Source: Malacoraja senta
Taxonomy: Eukaryota
Reading direction: 5' to 3'
DNA: 64,000 nucleotides
Assembly (NCBI GenBank): GCA_038087875.1
Contig: CM075991.1
Coordinates: forward strand, 7,194,001 to 7,258,000
Below are positions 47,892-61,344 of this stretch, piece by piece. A program made the position numbers and the translations under genes. The notes under the pieces are model-generated. The model did not search any database. It was not told the origin of the DNA and worked only from the letters and a program-made list of their open reading frames with translations. Numbering within the stretch: position 1 is the stretch's first letter; every line of letters starts with the position of its first letter.

Positions 47892-48638
47892 GTACCCGAG
47901 GTCAGGATCGAACCCGGGTCTCTAGCGCTGTGAGACAGCAGCTCCACCAGCTGCACCACTGGACTGCCTAAGTCATTTTTTTTTAAGATCACTTGTACGT
48001 CAATTTGTTTGAAACTGCACCGTCTGCAATCAGTTCATTCCAAGAGTTCTGGAAGATTGATATTGTGCTATCTTGATGCCAATTTTGATGTTAGGCTGCA
48101 GAAAACTAATGAATATACAGGCGGAATGAGATTTAGTGGACATGATTTGTGGACTTAGATCCTGCTGACTTTCACCACAGGATTTCCAGGCAGTACACGG
48201 TCTCGCCTTGCACTGTGACCAGCAGTTTGGACTAAGACAAATTAGACTCATTAGTTATATATTTCACGCAAAGCTACAACTTGAAGAGTAACAAATTCTC
48301 TAATTGCCATGGTGATGATGGTGCAGATTAATTTAAATTAGTAAAACTGATAATAATGGTCTGTAGAATAAATTTAAATCTGCACACACTTTTCAAATGT
48401 TATTGCTCACAGTGACCACAAGTAGAAGTATTGAGTTTGAAGAAGGGCCCTGACACAAAACATCACCTATCCATTTTCTGCAGAAATGCTGCCTGACCCG
48501 CTGCGTTACTCCAGCATTTTTCGTCGATCTATGGGATAAAACATCATCTTTTTTGTTACTTAAGAATTCTTACCATTTTATCTCCAAAGTTCAAGACAAA
48601 TTCTGAGGGTGTAACCATTTTCAAGCTTGTTTGTTTTT

Positions 48639-48645
48639 TGTGTGT

Positions 48646-48718
<73 letters not shown>

Positions 48719-49179
48719 TGTGTGTGTGTGTGTGTGTGTGTACGTGTGTGTGTGTGTGTGTGTACGTGTGTGTGTGTGTGTGTGTGTGTACGTGTGTGTG
48801 TGTGTGTGTGTGTACGTGTGTGTGTGTGTGTGTGTACGTGTGTGTGTGTACGTGTGTGTGAGTGTGTGTACGTGTGTGTGTGTGTGTGTGTGTGTGTACG
48901 TGTGTGTGTGTACGTGTGTGTGTGTGTGTACGTGTGTGTGTGTACGTGTGTGTGTGTGTACGTGTGTGTGTGTGTGTGTACGTGTGTGTGTGTACGTGTG
49001 TGTGTGTGTACGTGTGTGTGTGTGTGTGTACGTGTGTGTGTGTGTGTGTGTACGTGTGTGTGTGTGTACGTGTGTGTGTGTGTGTACGTGTGTGTGTGTG
49101 TGTGTGTACGTGTGTGTGTGTGTGTGTGTGTGTGTACGTGTGTGTGTGTGTGTGTGTACGTGTGTGTGTGTGTGTGTGT

Positions 49180-49256
<77 letters not shown>

Positions 49257-49317
49257 TGTGTGTGTGTGTGTGTGTGTGTACGTGTGTGTGTGTACGTGTG
49301 TGTGTGTGTGTGTGTAC

Positions 49318-49348
<31 letters not shown>

Positions 49349-49365
49349 TGTGTGTGTGTACGTGT

Positions 49366-49454
<89 letters not shown>

Positions 49455-49469
49455 TGTGTGTGTGTGTGT

Positions 49470-49524
<55 letters not shown>

Positions 49525-49565
49525 TGTGTGTGTGTGTGTGTGTGTGTGTACGTGTGTGTGTGTGT

Positions 49566-49628
<63 letters not shown>

Positions 49629-49875
49629 TGTGTGTGTGTACGTGTGTGTGTGTGTGCGTGTGTGTGTGTGTGTGTACGTGTGTGTGTGTACGTGTGTGTG
49701 TGTGTACGTGTGTGTGTGTGTGTGTACGTGTGTGTGTGTGTGTGTGTACGTGTGTGTGTGTGTACGTGTGTGTGTGTGTGTGTACGTGTGTGTGTGTGTG
49801 TGTGTACGTGTGTGTGTGTGTGTGTGTGTGTGTACGTGTGTGTGTGTGTGTGTGTACGTGTGTGTGTGTGTGTGT

Positions 49876-49956
<81 letters not shown>

Positions 49957-49977
49957 TGTGTGTGTGTGTGTGTGTGT

Positions 49978-50046
<69 letters not shown>

Positions 50047-50087
50047 TGTGTGTGTGTGTGTGTGTGTACGTGTGTGTGTGTGTGTAC

Positions 50088-50118
<31 letters not shown>

Positions 50119-50187
50119 TGTGTGTGTGTGTGTGTGTACGTGTGTGTGTGTGTGTGTGTGTGTACGTGTGTGTGTGTGTGTGTGTGT

Positions 50188-50242
<55 letters not shown>

Positions 50243-50261
50243 TGTGTGTGTGTGTGTGTGT

Positions 50262-50300
<39 letters not shown>

Positions 50301-50347
50301 TGTGTGTGTGTGTGTGTGTGTGTGTACGTGTGTGTGTGTGTGTGTGT

Positions 50348-50416
<69 letters not shown>

Positions 50417-50461
50417 TGTGTGTGTGTGTGTGTGTACGTGTGTGTGTGTGTGTGTGTGTGT

Positions 50462-50496
<35 letters not shown>

Positions 50497-50547
50497 TGTG
50501 TGTGTGTGTGTGTGTGTACGTGTGTGTGTGTGTGTACGTGTGTGTGT

Positions 50548-50586
<39 letters not shown>

Positions 50587-50699
50587 TGTGTGTGTGTGTG
50601 TGTGTACGTGTGTGTGTGTGTGTGTGTGTGTGTACGTGTGTGTGTGTGTGTGTGTGTACGTGTGTGTGTGTGTGTGTGTACGTGTGTGTGTGTACGTGT

Positions 50700-50736
<37 letters not shown>

Positions 50737-50799
50737 TGTGTGTGTGTGTGTGTGTACGTGTGTGTGTGTGTGTGTGTACGTGTGTGTGTGTGTGTGTGT

Positions 50800-50844
<45 letters not shown>

Positions 50845-50852
50845 TGTGTGTG
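48639..50852. repeat. 2.2-kb compound microsatellite (TG)n punctuated by TACG
   Basis: Direct inspection; roughly 85 TACG interruptions by hand count and about 6 GAG interruptions. Confidence 0.97.
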
Positions 50853-50971
50853 AGTACACAGTGAACTTTTGTTTCTCATTTATTATATTGTTTCCAGTGT
50901 ACTATGTTTACACATTCTGTTGTGCTGCTGCAAGTAAGTATGTCATTGCTCTATCTGGGACATATGACAAT
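50853..50971 (+). mobile_element. Rex1-type 3' tail, continuing at 51737-51758 after a CR1 insertion
   Basis: ctgttgtgctgctgcaagtaag..gggacatatgacaata | aaacactcttgactcttga. Confidence 0.72.
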
Positions 50972-51736
50972 AGAAACATAGAAACATAGAAAATAGGTGC
51001 AGGACTAGGCCATTCGGCCCTTCGAGCCTGCACCGCCATTTGATATGATCATGGCTGATCATCCAACTCAGTATCCCGTACCTGCCTTCTCTCCATACCC
51101 CCTGATCACTTTAGCCACAAGGGCCACATCTAACTCCCTCTGAAATATAGCCAATGAACTGACCTCAACTACTTTCTGTGGCAGAGAATTCCACAGATTC
51201 ACCACTCTCTGTGTAAAAAATGATTTCCTCATCTCGGTCCTAAAAGTCTTCCCTCTTATCCTTAAATTGTGACCCCTAGTTCTGGACTTCTCCAACATCG
51301 GGAATAATCTTCCTGCATCTAGCCTGTCCAACCCCTTAAGAATTTTGTAAGTTTCTATAAGATCTCCCGTCAGTCTTCTGAATTCCAACGTGTACAAGCC
51401 GAGTGTATCCAGTCTTTCCTCAGATGAAAGTCCTGCCATCCCAGGAATCAGTCTGGTGAACCTTCTCTGTAATCCCTCTATGGCAAGAATGTCTTTCCTC
51501 AGATTAGGAGACCAAAACTGTACGCAATACTCCAGGTGTGGTCTCACCAAGACCCTGTACAACTGCAGTAGAACCTCCCTGCTCTTATACTCAAATCCTT
51601 TTGCTATGAATGCTAACATACCATTCGCTTTCTTCACTGCCTGCTGCACCTGCATGCCTACTTTCAATGACCGGTGTACCATGACACCCAGGTCTCGTTG
51701 CATCACCCCTTTTCCTAATCGGCCACCATTCAGATA
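50972..51736 (-). mobile_element. CR1 3' fragment (ORF2 C-terminus in frame) with (tatgtttc)n tail
   Basis: RDLGV..KKANGMLAFI..LYRVLVRPHLEYCVQFWSP..GDLIETYK..WNSLP. Confidence 0.93.
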
Positions 51737-52384
51737 ATAAAACACTCTTGACTCTTGAAGTTGAGTACCTATGTGCCTGCAACCTTGTGTCACACTCTTC
51801 CACTTAAGTTCTTCCTACCCCTGTTCTTGATAAAATGTTAAAAAACAGAACTTGGATTCTTGATAGATAATCTTGATTCTGGTGTCTGATCGGAGGGGGT
51901 TAAATAACTTAGAAACAAAAGAACTGCGGATGCCTGCTTAATACTCAAAAGGGCACAAAGCACTGGAGCAACTCAGCGGGTCAGGCAGCTTCTCTGGAGA
52001 ACATGGATAGGTGACGTTTCGGGTCGAGACTCCTTTCCAGAATAACTTGCCATGAGTTCTAAATGTTAACTCCACTCCAGTGAGTAGATGGTTGAGATAC
52101 TTCGACCTTGTCAGAGAATCGGTGATCTGGAAATTTGATTGCATAGACCTGCTTATTTTGATTGCATAGACCTGCAATTGTGAAAACACAATTAGGATCT
52201 AGTGAAATGTTGTTATAACCATTTCTGGGTCATTTTCTGCACAGTCAACCGCACGGTGCAGTGTGATTCACGTTTGTCTATCGGATGTGGTTTTCGACAG
52301 GCACAGTGAGCCTATTCTCTGTGTAATGCTCTTTTCCAAAGCCTTGTAGGGTCACCTTAAGCCAGTTGTCCAGGGAGCTACTGT

Positions 52385-52935
52385 TATAAGGTCATATAGT
52401 CATAAGGAATAGGAGTACAATGAGGCCATTTGGCCCATCAAGTCTACTCTGCCATTCAATCATGACTGATCTATCTCTCCCTCCTAATCCTAGTCTCATG
52501 CCTTCTCCCCATAACCTCTGACACCTGTACTAATTAAGCATCTGTCTATTTCTGCTTTACAAATATCCATTGATGGCCTCCACAGCCTTCTGTGGCAAAG
52601 AATTCCACAGATCCACCACCCTCTGACTAAAGACATTTCTCCTTATCTCCTTCCTAAAAGAACGTCCTTTAATTCTGAGGCTATGATCTCGAGTCCTAGA
52701 CTCTCCATATCCACCCTATCAAAGCCTTTCACTATTCCGTATATTCCAAGGTGTCCCCCCCCTCCCCCCTCCATTCTTCTAACCTCCAGCGAGTACAGGC
52801 CCAGTGCCGACAAACGCTCATCATAGGTTAACCTACTCATTTCTGGGATCATTCTTGTAAACTTCCTCTGAACCTGCTCCAGAGCCAGCACATCTTTCCT
52901 CAGATACGGTGGGCAAAATTTCTCACAATGCTGCT
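52385..52935 (-). mobile_element. CR1 3' fragment
   Basis: LALEQVQRKFTRMIP..ERLSALGLYSLE and CR1 tail. Confidence 0.82.
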
Positions 52936-53396
52936 GTTGGGTACCCTTGGAACAATCATGTTTTTATTCTACAGAACTGGACTGGGACCCCATTAAAGAA
53001 AGTACTATGTGCCTTCTGTTCTGCTCAAAGATGTTGATCCCACTCTCCCAAGGACTTCACACCACCAGTCACTTCAATCCCCAAAGCCCTAATTGCGCCA
53101 ACCACCTCAACCCTCATGATATTCCTTGCGTAGGCTCCAGTGCGATTTACCTAGCCTTCCCCTCTCCACCCCATCAACGTATGCTGTGTCCAAATGGGAC
53201 ATTTTACTTTGGGTTTTCCACACTGAGTACGAGACTCAGCTGCAGGGCATGTCAGGAGTGCGATGGAATACGCTTCACTTCCTTGGATGAGTGTATCACC
53301 AGCGACACTTCGGAGATGGTGTCTCGGGGACTCTCAACAGTGCAACTTGTAAATGATCCATGTCGTTGTGTGCTAATGGTGCAACAGTGGACACTT

Positions 53397-53700
53397 GTAG
53401 TTTGGTTTAAAGATACTGCATGGAAATAGGCCCTTCGTTCCACCCAGACCACGACAACCATCTATCACCTGTTCACGGTAGTTCCATGTTATCCCACTTT
53501 CTCATCCACTCCCTGCACACTCAGGGCAATTTACAGAGGCCAATTAACCTACAAACCCACGCTTTGTGATGTGGGAGGAAACCGGGATATCCAGAGGAAA
53601 CCCACATGCCCACAGTGAGAACGTGCAAACTCCGCACAGACAGCACACGAGGTCATGATCGAGCCCGGGTCTCTGGCACTGTGAGGCAGCCGCTCTACCA
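53397..53700 (-). mobile_element. V-SINE
   Basis: Head, V-domain, tail. Confidence 0.8.
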
Positions 53701-53979
53701 TTTGGGAATCAACCAAACTTCCCTGTCCTTTTTTTTCCTTAACAAGGAGTTTTTATTTAATTAATCACAGATGGAGAATACTGAAAAGATCAAGACTGCC
53801 ATTGGCAGTTTGCAAACAGCAATTAGTTATCAAATAACGACTTTGTCCTGGGTATGATGAATAATATGAGTGTTGTAGATACACTTGTCCAGGCAAGTGA
53901 TGAGTAATCCATTGTCTTCCTGATGTGCTGTGTTCATGAGGAAATTTGTCGCTCAGTGCAGGACACCCAACCTTATTTG

Positions 53980-54370
53980 GGTCCTCATTGAAACTTACCG
54001 AATAGTGAAAGGCTTGGATAATGTGAATGTGGAGAGGATGTTTCCACCAGTGGGACAGTCCAGGACCAGAGGTCATAGCCTTAGAATTAAAGGACGTTAA
54101 AGGATGTTCCTTTGGGAAGAAGATGAGGAGGAATTTCTTTAGTTAGAGAGTGGTGAATCTGTGGAATTCTTTGCCACAGATTGCCGTGGAAGCTGTCAAT
54201 GGATATTTTTAAGGCATAGATAGATTCTTGATTTGTTTGCGTGTCAAAGGGAGAAGGTCGGAGAACAGGGTTTGGAGGGAGAGATAGATCTGCCATGATG
54301 GTATTGTGAAGTACTCGATGAGCCAAATGGCCTAATTCTGCTACTATCGCTTATGACTGACTATGACCTA
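53980..54370 (+). mobile_element. CR1 3' fragment
   Basis: ctcattgaaacttaccgaatagtgaaaggc..ggaccagaggtcatagcc..tail. Confidence 0.8.
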
Positions 54371-55609
54371 AACCAGCTGTTGTAGCCACGTTATTTATTC
54401 GTTTGATCCAGTTTCTGACAATGGTGCGTCACGCTTTCGAGCGCTAATATTGCTGGCACTAACATTACGACACACTGTCACTTTCTGCTCATCTTTCCCT
54501 TCCAATGTCATTCTAGAAATAATGGTAGAGCCACTTAAAACAGAGGCACATTTAAAAGCGAATAGACTTCAAAGAGATTAAAGAATATTTTTAAAAAAGT
54601 CATAAGGTATTTATGTCACTTTTTGTTCTTTTGGATGTCAGTCTGAACTGAAATATTCTGAGTTATTCCAAGGATATTAAAACTTTTTACTGTTGGGTTC
54701 AATTCATTACAGAGGGTGCGCAGCTCACATCAAGTTTAAAGGCAATTTTACTGATCTGTATCGAACCAAAACCTCAATTGAAATTCATTATTTGATGTTT
54801 CCCTTTGATTGTGCTTCCACACAATTTTTGTTCATTAGAAAATTCCTGTTCGTTAAAACTGATCACTATGGACATCTTGCCGTCAGTAATACGTAGCTCC
54901 AATACACAGACTAATAAGCTGCAAGTCGAAGATGGACAAAATAATGAATGATGCTCCCTGTAATCTATCATTACACAAGAGGAGGAAATCAACTCAACAC
55001 GTCAACAGTTCGGACGTTTCCCTTTACAAGATGAAAAATGTATGCTGAGCCTAGAGGGAAGAATCCTGGCCATTTTTACCTCTGTGGTAGGTAACAAGCT
55101 CATTAGTCTAGATGTGTGCTGACATGCAAGGCTCAAATTCAGTAAGCAATTTGAGAGACCAGAAAGAATTGTTAAACATGTCACAACTTTGGGCCTCGCA
55201 GACTGGAAGACACGCTGATTTGCAAGCAATGGGAAATTGCGCAAAGTATATCCCCTTCGTTGTTATGCTGGAACCGTCATCAACTGATCTCCCTTTTAAT
55301 GTCACTGGACCCAAATACGACACGGGCACATTCCCAGGTTAATTAGAAACTAAGTGCTGTAAGATAGAGACTGAAAAGATTAGCTGGTCTGTTGCACGTA
55401 GAGAAAAAAAAAACCGTTGAAAGCTGCTCCCTGGTTGCCTTTATTTAAAAAAAATTTAAGTCGATACAAAAATCAAATGTTGAGAAGTGACATCTGAATT
55501 GCGCTTGGTTGGGATTTGGTCAACTGTAAATGTTACATATTTGCCGAGCAAATAACATGCCTGAAAATTCATTTGTCACTTTCTAGACAGCGTTATCAGA
55601 TGTGGATAG

Positions 55610-56068
55610 ACAGGTAGACACAAAATGCTGGAGTAACTCAGCGGGCCAGGCAGCATCTCTGGAGAAATGGAATAGGTGACGTTTCAGGTTGGAACCCTTC
55701 TTCCGACTTCTGCAGTGCCATTGTTTGGGCCTTGGGTTCCATGAACCATGTTGAGGGCCGCACAGTGGCGCAGTGGAAGAGTTGCTGTCTTACAGCGCCG
55801 GAGACCTGGGTTCGATCCTGACTATGGGTGCTGTCTGTTTGTACGTTCTCTCTGTGACTGCGTGGGTTTTCTACGGGTGCTCCGGTTTCCTCCCACACTC
55901 CAAAAACGTCCAGGTTTGTAGATTAATTGACTTCTGTAAATAGCCTCTAGTGTGTAGGATGCGAAATTGGTCTCACATAAGAACTAGTCTACTGGAGATC
56001 ATTGGTTGGCACGGCGTTGGTGGGCTCAAAGGGCCTGTTTCCAAGCTGTATCTCTAAACTAAACTAAA
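55610..56068. mobile_element. Penelope tail (-, 55610-55708) and V-SINE (+, 55754-56068)
   Basis: Family motifs as in other copies. Confidence 0.78.
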
Positions 56069-56459
56069 ACCAACTCTCCATTCAATAGCTGGCTCCTTGA
56101 ATAAGGGGAGTAGGTTAGGACTTGGAATTACATACCCTTTCTCAACCTCAGGAGGTCCAAAAGCCAATAATTACAAGCATCTGCAGTTTCTTGTGTCTCC
56201 ATAGCCATTGAAGCACTTTTCAATTGTAATCCTTGTTTCAATATAGACCGACTGTAGCCATTTTGTGGCCACATATTAATGAGATCAGCATCATTGCTTT
56301 CTCTGTTGAGTTGGGCACCACTTGCATTTCACTCTCTCCTCTCCTCTCCTCTCCTTATCTGACACCCTTTGTCTCCTTTTCATCCCCCTACTACTATCAG
56401 TCTGAAGAAGTCCTGACCTGAAATGCTGCCTTTCCATTCCTTCCACAGATGCCACTTGA

Positions 56460-56760
56460 ATTGAGAACCAGGGGTTACAAGTTTAAGGTGAGGGGGGGAA
56501 AGATTTAATAGGAACCTGAGGGGTAACCTTTTTACTCAAAGGATGGTGGGTGTATGGAACGAGCTGCTGGAGGAGGTAGTTGAGGCAGGTAATATTGCAA
56601 CGTTTAAGAAACATTTAGAAGGAAATATGGATAGGATTGGTTTAGAGGGATATACAGTAGGCCAAATACAGGCAGGTGGGACAAATGTAGTTGAGGCATG
56701 TTGGTGGGCAAGTTGGGCTGAAGTGCCTGTTTCCACGCTGTACGACCCTGTGACTGTATG
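56460..56760 (+). mobile_element. CR1 3' fragment
   Basis: VGVWNELLEEVVEAGNIATFKKHL; tail gaagtgcctgtttccacgctgtacgac resembles the V-SINE tail. Confidence 0.8.
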
Positions 56761-57243
56761 ACCTGCTGAGTTTCTCCAGCACTTTTTGTGTTGCACTCAA
56801 GATTCCAGCATCTGCAGTTCCTTGTGTCTCCAGTTAGTTGTCGTATTTATCCCTCACAGGATTTGATAGAAAAAAGGTAATAATGTTGCTGTTAAAAACA
56901 AACTGCTGGAGGAACTCAGCGAGTCAGGCAGAATCTGTGGAGGTGAATGGACAGATGACATGTTGGGTTGGTTCTTCTGATAGTGTAAGGTGGAGCGAGG
57001 TGAGGGGAAGGGGTGGGCAAGAAATGGTGATTCAGTTGAGGAAGGATGCTTGGCAGATGGGGTGGAGATGGTAACCAAAGGCAGAGGTCCTCATCCCGCC
57101 TCACCTGAATCCACCTATCACTTGCAGATTCCCATCCCATCCCTTCCCCTCACCTCTCTTTACCAGCTTTCTCCTCTCTACTCCATTAGTCTGAAGACAG
57201 ATCCCAACCTCAAACGTCGTCTGGCCATCGCCCTCCATAGATG

Positions 57244-57334
57244 GTAGACAAAAGTGCTGGTGAAACTCAGCGGGTGAGGCAGCATCTATAGAGCGAAGGA
57301 AATAGGCAACGTTTCGGGCCGAAACCTTCAGAAT
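57244..57334 (-). mobile_element. Short Penelope-derived insertion inside an older Penelope tail, 12-bp TSD
   Basis: cctccatagatg 57232-57243 / cctctatagatg 57335-57346. Confidence 0.72.
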
Positions 57335-58684
57335 CCTCTATAGATGCTGCCCGGCCGGCTGAGCCCCTCTCGCAGTTTGTTCAAGATTCCAACATCTGTA
57401 ATGTCTTTTGACTTCACGTCACTGTTGGTGGGGGTTTGTTCACAAAGATGTGCGGGTCAAATTTTTTTACACAGAGAGCGGTGGGGGCCTGGAACACATT
57501 GCAAGAGGTAGTGGTGGAGTCAAATACAATAGTGGCGTTTAAGAAGCTTTTAGATAGGCACATGGAAATAGAAGGATATGGATCATATACAGGCAGATGT
57601 GACCATCTTAACTGGGCATCATGTGTACAAAGGATCTGTACATGGTGGGATATACCGAAGACAGACGCAAAGTGCTGGAGTAACTCAGTGGGTCAGGCAG
57701 CATCGCAGGAGAAAAAGGATGGGTGACGTTTCGGGTCTCCTAAAGCCTGAAGAGGCGTCCCGAACCGAAATATCACCCATCCCTTTTCTGCAGTTATAAT
57801 GCCTGACCCGCTGAGTTACTCCAGCACGTTGTGTCTAATTATGCATCATTGTTGGCACAAACAATGTGGGCCGAAGCACTCGTTCCTGTGCTATACTGAT
57901 CTATGTTCTATAAGTGACTGCCACATATCTCACTATACTACAATGGATCACACTGTTTGCCTCAGTGCTTTGGATCATCCTGAAAGGGATGTAATAAGTG
58001 CATTTGGTACGAAATGAGGTCAGTCTTTATTTAAATCCAACCGTAATGTGAATTGCAATTTTAATTTGTTAACAACCGTTAATGACTAATATCGAATTAG
58101 AAAAGTCTTCCAGTGAGAAGAATGCTTGTAATTTAAAAAAGCATTACTGGAGGTGTGAAAGAAATTGGAAAAATGGATGGATTTCTGTATGAAGTCAAAG
58201 ACAGAGCAGGTGTGAAAATTGCTTTGGGGAAGTGTGCCAAGTTTAGTGTTTAATATACACCTGCTCTATCCATCAATCATTGTGACTATTGGAGAGGAAT
58301 AATCACAGGCTAAAAATGTTTGTGTTTGGTTTTGGAAGTAAAGATTATAATTTAGTTACCATGTCTCATAAAGAGACCATTGGGTGCCAGCAGATTAAAT
58401 TCTCTCCCCTCTTCTTTTTTCTCTACAGTATGTACTCCCCCACATTCCCATCAACTTACTTTTGGCTTCTTACCAAAGCCAAGGGATAGTTTACAGGAGC
58501 CAATTAAGTTACCGGCGCATATTTAGAATGTGGGAGGAGACCAGAGCACCTGTGACATACACAGTCACAGGGAGAACGTGCAAACTCCACGCAGACAGCA
58601 CTTGAGATCAGGATCACACCTGGGTCCCTGGAGATGCAAGGCAACATCATTAACTGTTGTGCACCCTTGCTGCCTTTATACGTT

Positions 58685-58950
58685 TATTAGTTTAGATAAG
58701 TTTAGAGATACGTTGTGGAAACAGGCCCTTCGGCCCACTGAGTCCGCACCGACCAACGATCACTCGGACACTAGTTGTATCCTACACACCAGGGACAATT
58801 TACAGAAGCCAATTAACCTACAAACCTGCACACCTTTGGGATGTGGGAGGAAACCCGGCACGGTCACAGGGAGAACGTGCAAACTCCGTACGGACAGGAT
58901 CGAATGCCAGGTGCTGTAAGGCAGCAACTCTACCGCTGCACCACTGTGCC
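58685..58950 (-). mobile_element. V-SINE
   Basis: Head, V-domain, tail. Confidence 0.82.
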
Positions 58951-59235
58951 ACAGCATTAAAATGCTGAAGAGTTTTGCCATTAGGTGATACCTTTCATAT
59001 TTAATTGAAGATAATTTGGGAATACCTTGGTGCTTGTGAATTTAATGCGTATTGACACTTTGATGGGATTGTAAAAGCAAATTTGTAAAAGAGATCAACA
59101 ACAGTTTACATTAAGTAGTATATTTTATATTCTGAAATGTCCCAAGGTAGTTATTTTCAATGATTGCTGGAACAAAGTGTTATAGACTGCTTCCTGGAAG
59201 AGCATATCACAGTTTAAAGCAATCTGTATTCAAAT

Positions 59236-59740
59236 TTGCACTTGGTGTCTATCACGTTTGGCGCTCGCTGTGGACTCCACATCGGTGAGACAAACCATAG
59301 ACTAGGTGACCACTTTGCCAAGAACTTGCACTCTGCCGGGTGTGGATATCTGGATCTCCTGGTTGCCATCCATTTTAATTCCCTTTCCCATTCACACACT
59401 AACATGTCTGTCCTTGGCCTCCTCCACTGCCAGAGTGTGGCCACACGCAAACCAGAGGGGCAGCAACTCATATTTCACCTGAGCGTTCAGCAACCCAATG
59501 GTATGTTTACTGAATCATTAGCCTTCACCCCCTCTGTTCCGTTCGCCCTCATCTTATCTACCCTGGTGCTCACACAATCCCCCCTTTCTACCCCTCTTAC
59601 CGCCCAGCCGCCTATCACCGTTTCCTCACCCCCCCATCTCCACACACTCCTCCAGCACAATGCCCTTCACTCCTTAATGCTCGCTCCTCCCCTCCCTCTC
59701 AGCTGCACTCCTTTTTCCACTACCGATCCCAGTGCCTCTT
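59236..59740 (+). pseudogene. Penelope-like element GIY-YIG endonuclease fragment and pyrimidine-rich 3' region
   Basis: RCGLHIGETNHRLGDHF..VAIHFN..H..MSVLGLLHC..RK.E.QLIFHL...QPNGM. Confidence 0.82.
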
Positions 59741-59839
59741 GTACCTCTTAGGTCCAAAATGGTTGGGTTAGAGGAATATGGATCAGCGTAAATGAACACC
59801 CAGTAGACTGAGAAGTGATCTTTCCAGAAGTGTATAAGG

Positions 59840-61290
59840 AGGTGTACTGCATCTATTCATGAGGCGAATAGACCATGTGAATGCACGGGATCCTTCACCC
59901 AGGTGAGGGGAATCGAGAACCAGAGGACATAGGTTTCAGGTGAGAGGGGAAAGATGTAATGGAAACAAGGGACATTTTTTTCCACACAGAGGGTGGTGGG
60001 TATATGGAATGAGCTGCCATAAGTTTAAGGTGAGAGGGAAAAGATTTAATGGGAACTTTTTCATTCAGATGGTGGCGGGTATATGGAACGAGCTGCTGAG
60101 GGGATAGTTGGGGCAGGTACTATATAACAGCATTTAAAAGTCACTTGGTGTAATGAGTTGAGTCAAACACACATCAAGATGGAGCCGAGCTCTGCCCAAG
60201 AATCAGCACAGCATGATGGGATGAATGGCTGTGTGGTGCAGTAATTCCCTGCCACAGAGGGCAATGGAGGCCAAATCACTGGATGGATTTAAGAGAGAGT
60301 TAGATAGAGCTCTAGGGGCTAGTGGAATCAAGGGATATGGGGAGAAGGCAGGCACGGGTTATTGATAGGGGAAGATCAGCTATGATCGCAATGAATGGTG
60401 GTGCAGGCTCGAAGGGCCGAATGGCCTCCTTCTGCACCTATTTTCTATGTTTCTATGTTTTTATGTAAGATACAACACATGTTTATTAAAGTCCACTTAC
60501 AGCAGGACATTACAGTTCTTAGCAGCTACTCATACTGAATGGCTTAGGCAAGCTCTCTTGGTAATATGAATCGCATATTAGGTGGAGCAACTGCTAACAA
60601 GCACTGCAATTGATTAGTAGGAAATAACCAGTCTATACTTGGGTAGGCACATGGACAGGAAGTGTTCAGTGGGATATGGGCCAAATGCAGTCCAATGAGG
60701 CGGGATTAGATGGGTCCATGTTGTATGACTCTATGACTTCTGGCCTCTGTAGTATCTTGGGATCAAAATGGTTGGATCCTTTTACCCAGCGTAGGGGAAT
60801 CAAAAAATAGAGGACAAACCTTTCTGAGAGGAGAAAGATTTAGAGGAGGAATCTGAGTCACAACATTTCCACTCAGACGGTGGTGGGTGTATGGAACGAG
60901 CTGCCGGGGAGGTAGTTGAGGCAGGTAGTTGAACAGCATTTAAAAGACACTTGGACAGGAGTATGGAAAGGAAAGATTTAGAGGGAGTTAAGCCAAACAC
61001 ATGCAAATTGGTAGAATGGAACTGCAGATGCTGGTTATTACCGAAGATAGGCACAAAGTGCTGGCGTAACTCAGCAGGTTAGGCAGCATCTCCGGAGAAA
61101 AAAGATGGGTATGTTTCGGGTCAGGCCTTCAGACTTCTAGGAGAACTTCTTCAAAGTAGGCATACCTTGAGGAGATTTTGCACTGGTGATTTCACAGGCA
61201 AATTGAACTAGCCCTAGATGGAGTATCTTGTTCGACATGGCGGAGTTGTGCCAAAGGGCCTCTTTCCATGCTGTATGAGTCTATGACTCT
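59840..61290 (+). mobile_element. Cluster of CR1 3' fragments with a Penelope tail at ~61015-61135
   Basis: Repeated gagaaccagaggacat..gtatggaacgagctgcc motifs; (tatgtttc) and (tatgactc) tails. Confidence 0.72.
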
Positions 61291-61344
61291 CTAGCCACTA
61301 AGGACACAATACACTGCCAGTAATGCTTCAGGGGGCATGATAGT

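Larger units (their letters stand above)
47490..47968 (-). mobile_element. V-SINE split by a family A retroposon
   Basis: SINE is contiguous once 47752-47891 and one TSD are removed. Confidence 0.82.

Noticed and set aside
48556..50989. Long His/Thr-rich and Val/Cys-rich ORFs (up to 783 aa)
   Set aside because: Translations of the (TG)n array, which lacks stop codons in most frames; not genes.
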